This document shows positions 1 to 13,615 of a stretch of 64,000 nucleotides of DNA, piece after piece. The position numbers and the translations under genes were made by a program. This DNA is from Eledone cirrhosa. Its lineage: Eukaryota. Within the stretch, counting starts at the first letter, position 1; every line of letters begins with the position of its first letter. The stretch spans positions 31,930,001 to 31,994,000 of the forward strand of contig OZ024749.1 in assembly GCA_964016885.1 (NCBI GenBank), written 5' to 3'. A model generated the notes under the pieces. That model made no database searches. It was not told the origin of the DNA and saw only the letters and a program-made list of their open reading frames with translations.

Positions 1-299
1 ATTTTTAAAAAATTACCACACCAACTACATCAATAACAGCGACAACCAAAATACAGATAACAGAAAAAATGCAACAACGATATTAATACCACTAACAAGA
101 AAATAAACAACGACAACACCAACAGCAACAATACAAATTGCACCGAAAACAACAACAACGGTGGCACCAAAAACACAACCAACTACAACAGTGATAACAG
201 CAACAACACCAACAACACCGTTTGTAGCAGTAGCAACAGCAACAGCACCAACAACAAGACCAGTAGCAGCAGTAGCAGCAGCAATAATGGTGCCGCTGA

Positions 300-1050
300 A
301 AAAGGGGCCACTTCTTTCGCAGGTGTGGCCCGAAATATAGAGACAGTGCTAGTCACGGAGGAGGAGATGGCAGTCGCAAGAGCCATGGTGTCAAGAAACG
401 GCAATAGAGTTTCCTTGAAACCTCCACCCGATTTCTTCAAAGACCAGTAGCTGCGCACGGTGACTTTCCGCACCGTAAACAAAATGTCACATCGGGTGGA
501 GAAAGCCACGGAGGCTCAAATCCAAAAGGCCGCTCAAATCTGTCTGGGCGCGCAAAACCCACATTACCAGAGGCAAAAAGTATGCCACAGTAGACGTACT
601 TTTCGCCACCCGCCAAGAGCCGAAGTCTCACTCTTTGGAAACCCTCAAGAGTGAGGAGATAGTCTTGGTGCCCTCTACTGCTGGCAGAAGATTGTGAGGG
701 TCAAAGTGACCCAGGTCCCACCTGACGTGCCCATACCTTGGCTGGCCGGGTCTATACTGGCTGGAATCGAGAAGACCGCCATACTGCAAATACAGAGAAT
801 GAGAAGAGAGAACTGGTCAGGAATAGACATGCAAATGCTAATACAGACTGACCAGGAGTGCACCGAGGCCATCTCAGACATGATAGACCTTGAAGAAGGA
901 CTCCAACTCCCCATAAGCGTGGAAGGAAGGCGCCCAAAGTGCTATCTCTGTGGATAGAAGGGTCACCTCAGGGCCTTCTTCCCGCAAAAGACAGCCAAGA
1001 AGAGTGGCCCCTCCTTCCGACGCCTGACCTGCTGCTACCAAGAGCAGGGC
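300..1050 (+). pseudogene. Decayed ORF1 (gag-like, zinc knuckle) of a Tx1/L1-like non-LTR retrotransposon
   Basis: ORF 694-957 ends in EGRRPKCYLCG, then stop, then KGHL (CCHC-like knuckle). It lies upstream of the APE/RT remnants and has in-frame stops and frameshifts. Confidence 0.6.
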
Positions 1051-1799
1051 AGGCAACATAGGCAGAAGACCCTTCCATGGTGAGTAGGAGGGCAACGTCC
1101 GTGGCACCCATACCAACGCCACGGACAACTAAAGCAGCGGCAGCAGTGGCGGCAACATCAACAGTCGCAGTAGCTACACCAGCGGCAAAATCGCCGGAGC
1201 GGACTCCACTACTTCCACCAGCAGCAGTGGAGCTCATGCGCCTACCGGACGCAGAGGGGTCCGACATGGAGTGTGAGGTGGGAGGGAAGTGGCAAACGGT
1301 CTGCCACAAAAAAAGAAAAAAGAAAAAAACCCTTAGCTTCACCCTCCAAAAGCGAACACAGACAAAGAGGGCAAAAGGCTGCAAGGAGATTTTCAGCAAC
1401 ACCACCACCATCACCATCACCACCATCACCATCACCACCACAAGCATCACCACCAACAACAACCACACCACCACCAGCTTCACCAAAAACACCAACATCG
1501 CAAACACAACAAAACACACACATCCAACAGCAACAAGAAGAAAACAGCAACAAAATCACCCCTCCCCCAAAAAAGTACACAGCCATAGACATAATTGAAA
1601 TCAAAATAGAACATTACAAACTGTTAAAAGAAAAATTCCCCAACTCATTTGGAGACTTCAGAGGGTCGGTTCCCAAGAGAATATACACCGACATCCTCTT
1701 GGAAACACCCATGAGCAGCCAAAGGGACGGTTCTACTGTCCCTTCACCACACGATCAAGGTAAGTGATCCTTTCTCACTTACCCCGTTTCTCATCCAAC

Positions 1800-3688
1800 A
1801 TGGTCGTACTTAGAATAGGCAGTGTAAATGTACGTGGCCTCGGGTCATCTTGGAAGCAGGGTAACCTGCTCAACGACCTCAGGTCACTAAACATAGATAT
1901 GGTGGCCATCAGTGAGACCAGAATCTCCGAAGCACGTGCCTTCGTACCGATCTTTTTATTTAGATAGGGTATTCTGTAGGGAAACAGATAAGGCTAGTGT
2001 AGGTTGTCCACAATTTAAAGTATTCGACTACACGGACCACAAATTTGTGATCTGTGAAGTTGACCTTGTTCACGGGTGCGATCGTCAACAACAGGTGGTG
2101 GTTTACACTGAAAAGGGCTATTAGAGTAGAATCGATAAGGTTTAGCAAAGGAGTAGTGATAAAGGAAAGTAGAGTAGAGGGAGAGTTAGTTAGAAAGCTA
2201 GAAGAGGCGTTTAGGACAGGCATCACAACCGACGTGCTTGCGGCGAGATTGGCACTCGACCAATTCTTCAACGCAAAGCATGAAGGCTGCGTTGTCAGAG
2301 CTAGAGCGCGTGCTCTAAGACACGAGGGGACGAAAGCCGTTCAATGGGCCCGGGTGGTAGAGGCGCGACGTGGCAACAAGTCCACAATTCGGTCATTGCC
2401 TAATCAAAACGGGCGCATGTTGCTCGAACCCGAGCAGATGTGTGCGGCTTTTCAACAGCACTTTGCTCAATTGTTCGGGAGCGGCGGCGGGCCTGATCGG
2501 AGTATGGACTTCGGTGCATACTTCGACGGACTGTCGCGGCTGTCGACGACCGCAGTGCTGCGAAGAGCCGACAACAACAGGTGAAATACGGGATGGGATG
2601 TCTGACTGCACAAGGGGTAAATCGCCAGGTTTGGATGGTATGCCCTAGAGCTTTATGCGTATATGCCAGACTTGTTCGGCGACCGCTTGGCAGATGTCTA
2701 CTGCAACTGGCAGTAGAATCAGTTTTGTGAGCCGGGGATCGTGGCACTGCTGAGAAAAGACCCGAACAAGGTGGACGTTATAGACAACTTCAGGCCCATA
2801 ACTCTGCAAAAAGCAGAGTTTAAGATTTTGGCCAAGGTGTTAGCAAAGAGATTGGTGCTTGTCCTCGGTGATCTGGTGGGAGAGGCGCAGTTATGCGCCA
2901 TTTCGGACATATCCATTAACGTCAACCTCCATCTCATGCGATACATCATAGAGAGGGTTGTTAAGGAACCTGGCACAGGTGGGGCTCTGATCAACTTGGA
3001 TCAATCTAAAGCATTTGATAGGGTCAACCATCGGTACCTGGCTGCATTCCTCGAGGCGGCCGGCTTCTGGCCCGTTTTTAGGGGCTGGATCGCTGCGATG
3101 CACAACGACATCTGCTTGATTGTGAGGGTGAATGGTCCACTGTCGCAGCCTTTCAGCATCATCCGCTCGGTCTACCAGGTATTCCCCCTCTCGTCCCTCT
3201 TGTACGTACTGGCCCTCGAGCCATTACTGCACAAATTAGAGACGATGAGGGGGCTCCCACGCGAACTGAGATTTGGGAGATCCGTGTCAGCTTACGCCGA
3301 CGATGTCACCGTGGTCGTGTCGAGCACCAAACCCGTCCAGATGCTCGGCACGTCTCTCAAGGAATACGAAGCGGTGACAGGAGCAAAGATAAACCAGGAA
3401 AAGTCAGTGGGCTTGCAACTCGGCACCTGGAAAGGCAAGTTCATGCCGTCCGACAGCGTCGTGAGGCGCTGAACGGAAGGACCGGTTAAATTGCTCGAGG
3501 TCTGGTTCGGTCCGGACCTCCAGATGGAGAAAAACTGAATCGAGGTGACGAGCAGCTGTTCGCTCTCTTCAAGAGAACTTTCAGACCGGGGCCTATGGAC
3601 AATTTCCAGAAATCCCTGGCCTGGCAGTGCTACCGGGGAGCGTTGCCAGTTCGGGATAAGCTCTACAGGCACGGAGGTGCTGTCAGCC
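1800..3688 (+). pseudogene. Decayed ORF2 (APE endonuclease + reverse transcriptase) of a Tx1/L1-like LINE
   Basis: MVVLRIGSVNVRGL...DMVAISET (APE N-terminus), GKSPGLDG, NFRPITL...KILAKVLAKRL, LDQSKAFDRVNH, YADDVTV, GAKINQEKS. It has stops, frameshifts and an apparent deletion in the APE domain, and is cut off by a SINE at ~3689. Confidence 0.9.
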
Positions 3689-4850
3689 GTTACTGGTGCT
3701 GCTTTATTTTATCGAGCCCGTAAGGATGAAAGGCAAAGCTAACCTCGGCGGGATTCGAACTCAGAATGACAAGGGCTGTAACTCTTTGCGTCTAATCATA
3801 GCGTCAGACCCTCTACCGATACTGCCACTAATAATAACAATAACACTGTTACAAAAAATAGTTTTTTGTTTTGTGTTTTATTGTTTAAAAAATCATTTAA
3901 AATATAATCTTCGAAATTTACATATTTCTCATAAATAATCAGATTCTGATTAAATACATTGATTAAAAATCCATGTGCATTTGTTATCTTTTTATCACAA
4001 CTCCATCATTTGGAAATTTGAAAAGAAATCATGACAATATCAAAATCATACAGTTGGATAGATGTTCGGGTTATGCACTAATAGCAGTGTATTTATACCA
4101 GTATAATAATTGTTTCTACTTTGAGCACAAGGCCAGCAATTAACACAGTGCATTACTGTTACTTTATCTTATCGACCTCGTAAGGATGAAAGGCAAAGTT
4201 TACCTCGGCGAGATTAGAACTCAGACCGTAAAGGGCCATTATGATTGTTTCTACTTTAGACACAAGGCCAGCAATTTTAGGGAAGAGGAAAGTCGATTAA
4301 ATTGACACCAGTGCATTACTGGTGCTTTATTTTATCGACCCCCGTAAGGTTGAAAGGCAAAGCTAACCTCGGCGGGATTTGAACTCATAAAGGGCCATAA
4401 TAACTGTTTCTACTTTTGGTACAAGGCCAGCAAATTACCCAGTACATTACTGGTACTTTATTTTATCAACCCCGTAAGGATGAAAGGCAAAGTTAACCTC
4501 GACGGGATTTGAACTGAGACCGTAAAGGGACGTAACTATGCTAGAAAGCATGGCGTCCAACCCTCTACCGATACTGCCAATTCACCGCCATAATAATGCC
4601 AGAGTATTAATGCCAGTGTAATGTGACAGTGTACTTTAATACTTTTAGATAAAAAATAATAAATGTTTCTACTTCAGACACAAGGCTAGTAATATGGGTG
4701 GGAGGAGAAAGCCGGTTAAATCGACCTCGGTACTAGATTAGTACTTTATTTTGTAGGCCCCACGACGGTATTTGAATTGAGAAGGTAAAGCGCAGTTCCT
4801 AAATTCCATGAGATATGTTGTACGACGCTCTAACGATTCTGCTTATCCAC
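3689..4850 (-). mobile_element. Cluster of about 5 copies of SINE family A (tRNA-like head; core gcctttcatccttacggggtcgataaaataaagtaccag resembles the Nin/Deu domain)
   Basis: Repeated aaggatgaaaggcaaagttaacctcggcgggatttgaactcag at ~3722, 4182, 4346, 4477, plus a degenerate copy at ~4700-4850. The reverse complement has A-box-like TGGCAGTATCGG and B-box-like GAGTTCAAATCC. Confidence 0.85.
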
Positions 4851-5790
4851 AGCTCTCATAAAATAACAACTTTTTACATAAGCAATAGATTAATTTTCAT
4901 GTGGATAAAATAACCGATTAAATTGACCCTAGTACTTGATTAGTATATTTTTATATCGAATTCGGAAATATGAAAGCAAAGTTGACATTGATGGGATTTG
5001 GAATCAATACGCAAAAAGCTAGAGCAAAGACCAAATGGTATTTTATCCATCTTACGAACACTCTTGTCCAGCCCTTGCCCTTTCTATGGTTCTTTTTCAC
5101 AGGCACAAAATCAGAAATTGGGAGAGGTGAAAAGGGTGTTTATATTTCACTGTTACGCATTTTAGGTAATTCCAAAATCGACTTCGACGGGATTTATACA
5201 ATGAATTTTATTAAATACTACAAACTATTTCGTCCATTGCTTCATTTAATTTTGGCATCCACTGCAATGTTTATTAATCGCGACGATAAAATAAAATAAA
5301 ATAAAGAATTAGCGATGGAAAATTCTGCGATGATATAATCTATGCGACAGATTTCTATCCAAATCATTTAAATTAGCTACATTTATATTAATATCTCTTA
5401 CTAATGCTCGCCATTTTCATCGAGGATTTTCGTTCTCGATAAATTTATTATTATTCATTTGATTATTTCCATTAATTGAACCATTTAATTCTGCAGTAAA
5501 TGCAGATGTACTTAAAAATAGCTGTTATCGGTGTATGAATGCATAAAAAAGAACGGATGTAGTGAAACAGATCAATTATGGTGTCAAGAGCTATAATAAT
5601 ATTTTGTTCGTTTTTTCAGTAATTGTTGTTCATTTATTAAAAAGTTGTTTTGACCATCTTGTAGCGTGGATGCTCAGATAGAAATCGGCCATTTTATTTT
5701 TTACCATATTCCACATTCTTACAAAATATTTTGATTAATTTATGTCTTTCAAGATATCAGATAGTTTCTAGATATAGTTGTGTGTGAGTA

Positions 5791-5834
<44 letters not shown>

Positions 5835-5889
5835 TGTGTGTGAGTATATATGTGTGTATATATATATATATGCGTGTGTGTGTGTGTAG

Positions 5890-5968
<79 letters not shown>

Positions 5969-6589
5969 AAGAGAGTATATGGAAAAGCGTGAAAACGGCC
6001 AGCATGATTTAGTTATGAGCCATAACATTCTGAGTTCAAATTCATCCGGTTTGGCCAATGTATGCACCAGGCTGGCTAGTTTATTAAATCGATTGTAATA
6101 TAATCTATGGTCGGACAACATTCTCAGTGTAATTTGTTCCCGCTCTTTCCGTTCTTAGTTCAAATGTCTGCCGAATCAACTTCTCCTTTTCTCCTTACGG
6201 GGTCGATAAAATATAGTACCAGTAACGCAATAGGGTTGATTTAATCAACTCTCTCCTCCCCCTAACTTGCTGGCCTTGTGCCTAAATCAATCTTTTATTA
6301 TTTTTATTATTATTTGATTGTTTCTCACGACTATCTTTGATGTTGCTTTCGGCGGTTATGTTAGGGTTTACCGGACTGAAACCAGTAGACTAAGGTACCT
6401 CCATGCTTTTCATATCCTTCATTGTAATTTTGCTACTGCTGGTAATCTAGAACCTTTCTCGATAGTCGAACTGCGAAAGGATCAAATTATTGGAAACAGA
6501 CAAAGCATATTCATATCAGTGTGCTTCAAAGCCATAAAGTAAAAAGCAAAAAAAAAAAAAATGAATAATAAATAAATGAAAGAAATTGT

Positions 6590-6960
6590 CAGAAAAGAGT
6601 ACTTTCGAAGATTGAGGATGATCCTCAAGTCCAGTTTAAATGGTCGAAATAATCCCTAGATTTGTTTCAATAAGTAGGAACAGAGGGAATATAGTAGAAT
6701 GGACGAAAACAGAGTTGAAGGAAATTAATCGAAACACTAAGAAAATGCTCACTATCTATCGAAGAATGTCCCCCATAAGATGATGCAGAGATTGCGAGAA
6801 ATGAGTACTTTCGAAGATTGGGGGGCGACTCTCAAGCAATAATCTCTAGTTGTTTCAATAATTAGGTACAGTGCAGATATAGTAGAATAGACGAAAACAG
6901 AATTGAAATAAATTAATAGAAACACTACGAAAATGTTCACTAGCTATCGAACTGTGCACT
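6590..6960 (+). pseudogene. R4/Dong-like LINE post-RT fragment, tandemly duplicated
   Basis: Translates to KEYFRRLRMILKSSLNGRN and GNIVEWTKTELKEINRNTKKMLTIYR. A second diverged copy lies at ~6800-6960. Confidence 0.6.
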
Positions 6961-7496
6961 CATGATATTATGTAGAGAGAGACAGTATTGTTTTTTTTAT
7001 TGTCCGAAGATTTGATAGATACATAGTTAGATGGCTTTAGATAGCTATTGTTAAACTAATGACAATCTAGAGGATTGCTATAACATGTCAAGACTTTGTA
7101 TGAAAAAGAAAGGTATTGCTGAAGATATCAAATTACTACTTCTTAAACAAATCTAACAGATAGTGGTCTGACACATGATCTTGGGTTTTATTATAATGAC
7201 TTATGTAAAACTCCTACATGAAGATTTGTAGGAATTTAATTCTTTGTATAATTATTCCCCGGTTGCCAAAAAAAAAAAGACTTTAATTTGCAAAGAAATG
7301 GTATTGTTCTACCCAGTCTCCAACCCATGAAAACAAATATTTTTTTGCAGACAGTAAACAGAAAAAAATAGACAAATTTAATTTCGCAGTAGAATGAATT
7401 TATTTAACAACAATAGAACATTTTTGGACAGAAAACAACACAAAATAACATGTTTTAATGTACACACATGACACGATTAACAATAGCAAAAAAACG

Positions 7497-7551
7497 CTAC
7501 TACTACTACTACTACTACTACTACCACTACTACTACTACTACCACTACCAT

Positions 7552-7584
<33 letters not shown>

Positions 7585-7592
7585 CACTACCA

Positions 7593-7678
<86 letters not shown>
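7497..7678. repeat. (TAC)n microsatellite
   Basis: Direct reading. Confidence 0.95.
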
Positions 7679-7679
<1 letters not shown>

Positions 7680-8242
7680 AATTGTTCAATTGTTTTTAGT
7701 TTCTAAGTAGAAAGATTCAAGATATTTCAAGAGGTTTATGAAATTAGCTGACGGGAGCTGTCGAAGACGTTCAGTACTTATGTGGCTTTCTTAATTCCGG
7801 ATTAAAACAGGTTTACTTCCGACTTTCGGTTAGGAATGGAAATTGTAAAATATTTCCATACATTAATTGTTGCCTATTATGGCTTAGCCATTCCGCCGGA
7901 AGGCAGGAGTGAGGGTCGAATGGTTAAAGTAATGGAAGCACGATCATATAGCCGTGGGCTCAAATCTAGGATCAAGCGATGTGTTTTGTATTTCAGAAAG
8001 CCATTCAATTTGATGTTGGTTTTCATGGTGAGTGGTGGGGTTAGAGCCTCTAGCGTTAAAAAAACCCAGAAACTTATTATGGCATGGAATCTTATAGGGG
8101 ACTAGCTAAACCCGAATGTACGTAGGTGGCAGCTGGAAGAACAACACACACGTACATACTCTCATGTATATATATTCGGATCTAGCTGTCGAAACGGCCG
8201 GAGCTCAGCCGTCGGGGTCCTGAATCTTTCCATATATATATA

Positions 8243-8532
8243 TAGGGTGTCCCCAAAAATATTCGCACTTCAACAACATTCTAATAAATATTGTTTTCTA
8301 CTTTTGGTACAAGGCCGGCAATTACCCCCAGTACATTACTGGTACTTTATTTTATGGACCCCGTAGGGATGAAAGGCAAAGTTAACCTCGGAGGGATTTG
8401 ATCTCAGAACGCAAAGGAACGTAACTATATGCTGGACAGCATGGCGTCCGACCCTCTACCGATACTGCCAATCTAATAAATATTGCCTGTACAGGTAATC
8501 AAAGTGTGTACACATTTTGGGGGTTCACCCTG
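8243..8532. mobile_element. Tc1/mariner-type MITE interrupted by a SINE A insertion (8294-8471) with 14-bp TSD
   Basis: TIRs tagggtgtccccaaaa / ttttgggggttcaccctg are flanked by TA. TSD tctaataaatattg occurs at 8280-8293 and 8472-8485. An empty paralog is at 39682-39778. Confidence 0.8.
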
Positions 8533-8572
8533 TATATATATATATATATATATAATATATATATATATATAT

Positions 8573-9339
8573 AATCTAGCCCCACTCGCTTTTTTCGCTT
8601 TTTTCCATCCACTGAATTATTGTTATATAAGTTTCCAGTGTCCCCGCATTGCCTGGTAGCTTAGCTGAGAATCGACTCCCTGATGACGTAAGGCTTCTCT
8701 ACAGATATTACATAACTGTATTTATCCCCTTACAGAAACTAATTAGTTGGAGTGAAATTTTAGTAAGTAAGTCAATTTTCATAACTTTCTTATTTACGTC
8801 TTTCATATAATTGTTCTGCATTCCCCTACATAGAACCACAAAGTTACTAAGACAAAACATATATATCTGCTGGCATAGTTATGCATCTGTATACATATGT
8901 CGGTAGATATATTAATTCTTTATAATCATCTCCAAATTATTTGTAGAGCAAAATTTGCCAAATTACTACTGTGACTGATAGTAGTGGCTAGGCTCTGTCT
9001 TAATAGCACCCCCACTCCAAGCTGGTTAACCTCAATGTCACGTGATTGATTCTTTTGAATTTGCCACTTGACCAAGAAGGCAGTGCATTTTCAGTGGCTT
9101 GGAATCTAGCCCCACTCGCTTTTTTCGCTTTTTTCCATCCACTGAATTATTGTTATATAAGTTTCCAGTGTCCCCGCATTGCCTGGTAGCTTAGCTGAGA
9201 ATCGACTCCCTGATGACGTAAGGCTTCTCTACAGATATTACATAACTGTATTTATCCCCTTACAGAAACTAATTAGTTGGAGTGAAATTTTAGTAAGTAA
9301 GTCAATTTTCATAACTTTCTTATTTACGTCTTTCATATA
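8573..9339 (+). mobile_element. Retrozyme-like tandem element: 237-bp direct repeats 530 bp apart, each with a type I hammerhead ribozyme
   Basis: 8573-8809 matches 9103-9339. HHR: ACTCC-CTGATGA-cgtaagg...ccttaca-GAAAC-taatta-GTT-GGAGT at 8675-8753 and 9205-9283. Flanked by (TA)n. Confidence 0.8.
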
Positions 9340-9569
9340 TATATATATATGCGCGTGTGTATGTGTTTAGACACATACGTACATACACATATGCATACTC
9401 ATATGCATACATACATACATACATACATACATACATACATACATACATACATACGTGTGTTTGTCCCTGTTATCGGTTAGAAGCGTGTGATATTGTCGAT
9501 GTAGTTGTTGTTGCTGTTTTTAGCAAGTCGTACTTTTTTTACCTTAGTTGATGATAACTGCCGTCCTTG

Positions 9570-9728
9570 TAGCAGCAGTAGTAGTAGCAGTAATAGTAGT
9601 AGCAGCAGTAGTAGTAGTTGCAGTAGTATTAGTAGTAGTAGCAGCAGTAGTAGTAGTAGTAGTAGTTGCAGTAGTAGTAGTAGTAGTAGCAGCAGTAGTA
9701 TTAGTAGTAGTAGCAGCAGCAGTAGTAT

Positions 9729-9788
<60 letters not shown>

Positions 9789-9957
9789 CAGCAGCAGCAG
9801 TAGTAGTAGTAGCAGAAGTAGCAGCAGCAGCAGCAGTAGTAGTAGTAGCAGAAGTAGTAGTAGCAGCAGTAGTAGTAGCAGTAGTAGTAACAGTAATAGT
9901 AGTAGCAGCAGTAGTAGTAGCAGTAATAGTAGTAGCAGCAGTAGTAGTAGTAGTAGC

Positions 9958-10016
<59 letters not shown>

Positions 10017-10173
10017 CAGCAGTATTAGTAGTAGTAGTAGTAGCTGTAGTAGGTGTAGCAGCAGTAGTAGTAGTAGCAGCAGTAGTAGTAGTAGTAGCAG
10101 TAGTAGTAGCAGTAGTAGTAGCAGTAGTAGTAGTAGTAGTAGCAGCAGTAGTAGTGGCAATAGCAGTAGTAGC

Positions 10174-10207
<34 letters not shown>

Positions 10208-10230
10208 ATAGTAGTAGTAGCAGTAGTACT
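9570..10230. repeat. (AGT/AGC)n microsatellite
   Basis: Direct reading; source of the poly-S/V/L ORFs. Confidence 0.95.
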
Positions 10231-10789
10231 TGTCGTTGTTGTTGTAGTAGTGTTAGTTATTATTGTTCTTACGTTAATAGATGTTGCAATTGTTAAATCG
10301 TTGTTTATTTTTTTATTAGCTTCTATCTCTCTCTATAATATTTATTAGTTTATTTATTTAGCTGAGAAGACAAATGTTCAATATATAGTTAAGAAAAAGG
10401 AAGTAGTCTTCACATTCCACTTAAATCTTTTGTGGGGAAAAATGTCTACCATACTTAAATATGGAATGATACGCGATGCCCTACCCCCCACCCCCCTTTC
10501 CCTCCACAGACCCGGCGGTCAGAATGGAGAAGGTGTTTCGACGGAGGACGGCAAGGGAGACGTGCTGGAAAATCCACTCCAACCTGCGGCTGGCCACTGT
10601 TTGTATAGTTTTGATTTTGTGATGAAGTTTAAAGAGAGATTTAGAGAGAGGCCAGGAAAGAATCTTATTCTTACCTCAACGTTAAATAAATGACTGGCTT
10701 ATGTTGAGGAGATGTTCCTTAACTAAGCGTTAACTCCACTCTACTCCACACTAATTCTACTGTAAATTACTGTACTATAGTATACTGTA

Positions 10790-11200
10790 TTGGTTGTTGT
10801 TGGTGGTGGTGTTGTTGGTGGTGGTGTTGTTGGTGGAGGTGGTGGTGGTGGTGGTGGTGGTGGTGTTGTTGGTGTTGTTGTTGGTGGTGGTGGTGGTAGT
10901 GGTGTTGTTGTCATTGTTGTTGTTGGTGGTGGTGCTTTTGTTGTTGATGATGTTGTTGTTGTTGCCGTTGTTACCATTGATTTTGGTGTCGTTGTTGTTG
11001 TTGCTGCCGTTGCTGCTGCTGTTATTTATGTTGTTGTTATTGTTGTCGTTGTTATTGTTGTGTGTTTAGTGACGGGTTTTCAATGTATATTTTAGCTTGT
11101 TATGTGTTATTGTATCTATATGTGTTTTATCGTGTTTTATACGTGTTTTATACGTGTTTTATACGTATTTTATACGTGTTTTATACGTGTTTTATACGTG
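10790..11200. repeat. (GGT/GTT)n tract followed by 11-bp (TTTTATACGTG)n minisatellite
   Basis: Direct reading. Confidence 0.85.
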
Positions 11201-11658
11201 TTCAATGGTTATCTAATCTTCATTCAATGTTTATATTTGTTTAGTCACCAACAAAAGAGGATTTGTTGGGAATTACTGCTACAGGAAATGAAATGTCAAA
11301 CAGTTAACGAAAAGATTTTCTTTCTGTCGTCATTCTTCAGTTATTATGAAAAAGAATTAAATAAACAAAATAATTAGACTAAAATACAAACCATATATAT
11401 ATACGTACATATATATATATATATATATATAGGTACATATATATTTATATATACATACATATATATATATTCATATATGCATGTGTACAAACTTCCATAC
11501 GTGCATACTTAAGTACATACCTACATACATATATGCATACTTAAAAATAAATATATATTTATATATATATATATATATCTGTGTGTGTGTGTATAGAGAG
11601 AGAGATAATGTATATATATATATATATATACATATATAATGTATATATATATGTATAC

Positions 11659-11738
<80 letters not shown>

Positions 11739-11791
11739 TAATGTATATATATACATATATATATATATATATACATATATATACATACATA

Positions 11792-11829
<38 letters not shown>

Positions 11830-11967
11830 AATAGAAGGGATATTTAATTTGTTTGAAATTCAACAGATATAAATGTGTATAACTGATTCAGAGCACTCAA
11901 CAGTTTTCTGGAGTAAATATTCAATGATATTAAATAAATGGAAAGTATATTTATAAAACCATATTTA

Positions 11968-12025
11968 TTCTATTATATATATTTCAAGGGTACCAAAAAC
12001 TTTGGTACGCTTTCATCAGATAAAA
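11968..12025 (-). ncRNA. Type I hammerhead ribozyme (family B pLTR fragment, 11835-12060)
   Basis: Reverse complement: tttat-CTGATGA-aagcgtacc aaagttttt ggtaccctt-GAAA-tatata-TA-ataga. Confidence 0.75.
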
Positions 12026-12072
12026 TACAAAGTGTGTTTTATAAATTTTGACATAGCCATATATATATTATA

Positions 12073-13218
12073 TAGGGTGCGGACGGTATTTGGGGATACA
12101 TGCATTTTTAGTCATTATTTTATTTAATTAATTTTTATTGAACTTCTATTTGTGAAAGTTGCAAGATCTTTTGTCCACAAGATTCAGTGTGAGTTAGAGA
12201 AAGAAGATGGAAGCGTATTACCTGTATCAAAAACGTAAAAAACATTCCGAATGCTCTGATTCTATCAAGACACCTGAATTTATTCAGGAGGTTAAGCAAA
12301 ATATTGATAACAATCCAGGAAAATCAATGAGGTCAATTGCAAAGAATGTTGGTGTGTCAGAAAAAACAATCAGAAATGTTGTGCACGAAGACATCAGATA
12401 GAAATCTTACGTGATGAGGAGAGGTCAATTCATGTCAGAAAAAAACGAAAGAAAACCGTTTAATCAGATCCAAAAGACCTTTGAACAAACTTAAAAGTCC
12501 ATCAGAAGATGGTGTGATTTGTTTTTTCTAATATGAGAAAAACTTTGACCAGGACCAGAAAACTTACAGAACAAATGCAGGTGGCTAAGTGCTACCCTTC
12601 TAAGGTTCCAAGAATAATGCACACAAAATTTCCTGCAAGGGTCATGGTTTTTGGGTGTTGTTAGCAATGAAGGACATGTGATCCTCCTCACTTTTTTCAC
12701 AAGGCCTCAGGCTGAATGCTGCTGCGTATATTGAGGTTCTGGATAAAGTTGTTAAGCCTTGGATCAACAGTGTATGCAATGGAAGGCCTTATGTCTTTCA
12801 ACAAGGTTCTGCACCATCACACAAGGCTCAAAAGACACAAGAATGGATGGCCATAAAATTGCATGATCACATCATACCCAACATTTGGCCTCCTAATTCT
12901 CCAGATCTCAATCCACTGGACTACTATGTATGGAGCATCGTTCTGGAAAATGACAATGAACACCCCCATAGCACCAAAGATTCTTTGAAAACCGCAAAAG
13001 TTCAAGTCTGTCCGATACGAACAAGGACCACTTAATCCGAGCTTGCAAATGATTTCAACCATAGGTAGAAGCAGTTATTGATGCTTATTGTAGTTTTGTT
13101 GAATGAAATTATTAAATTAATAATTTAGCTTTATGTTTATGTTATTTTTATAAGAATACAGTTTTTTTCTGCTAATATTTAAGCGTTTTTTTTTTAAACC
13201 ATAAATCTCCGCACCCTG
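12073..13218 (+). mobile_element. Degenerate mariner-like (maT/DD37D-like) DNA transposon
   Basis: TIRs tagggtgcgga / tccgcaccctg with TA flanks. Remnants include the HTH NPGKSMRSIAKNVGVSEKTIRNVVHEDI and WPPNSPDLNPLDYYVWS. Confidence 0.85.
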
Positions 13219-13249
13219 TATATAGATACATTGATATATTTCTTTATTG

Positions 13250-13415
13250 CTTGCGTAGGAATGTATGTACGTGTATATATCTATACATTATATATATATA
13301 TATATCTATACATTATATCTATCTATCTATCTAGATAGATAGATAGATATAATGTATAGATATATATATATATATAATGTATAGATATATACACGTACAT
13401 ACATTCCTACGCAAG
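13250..13415. repeat. Near-perfect 166-bp palindrome of low-complexity DNA
   Basis: cttgcgtaggaatgtatgtacgtg ... cacgtacatacattcctacgcaag, centred on tctaga (~13332). Confidence 0.85.
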
Positions 13416-13510
13416 TACATAGACATAAATAAGTACATGCGTACAAATTTGAGCAAGAGTATTTATGTATGTATGCATACCCGGTGTTTATATATAATTA
13501 TAAACACACT

Positions 13511-13615
<105 letters not shown>

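Noticed and set aside
9477-10348. Poly-Ser/Val/Leu ORFs, and all YI/HT/CV-repeat ORFs across the window
   Set aside because: Translations of microsatellites
10672-10728. Possible minus-strand micro-exon with GAG/GTAAGA donor
   Set aside because: Stop codons in all three frames, and no other exon support.
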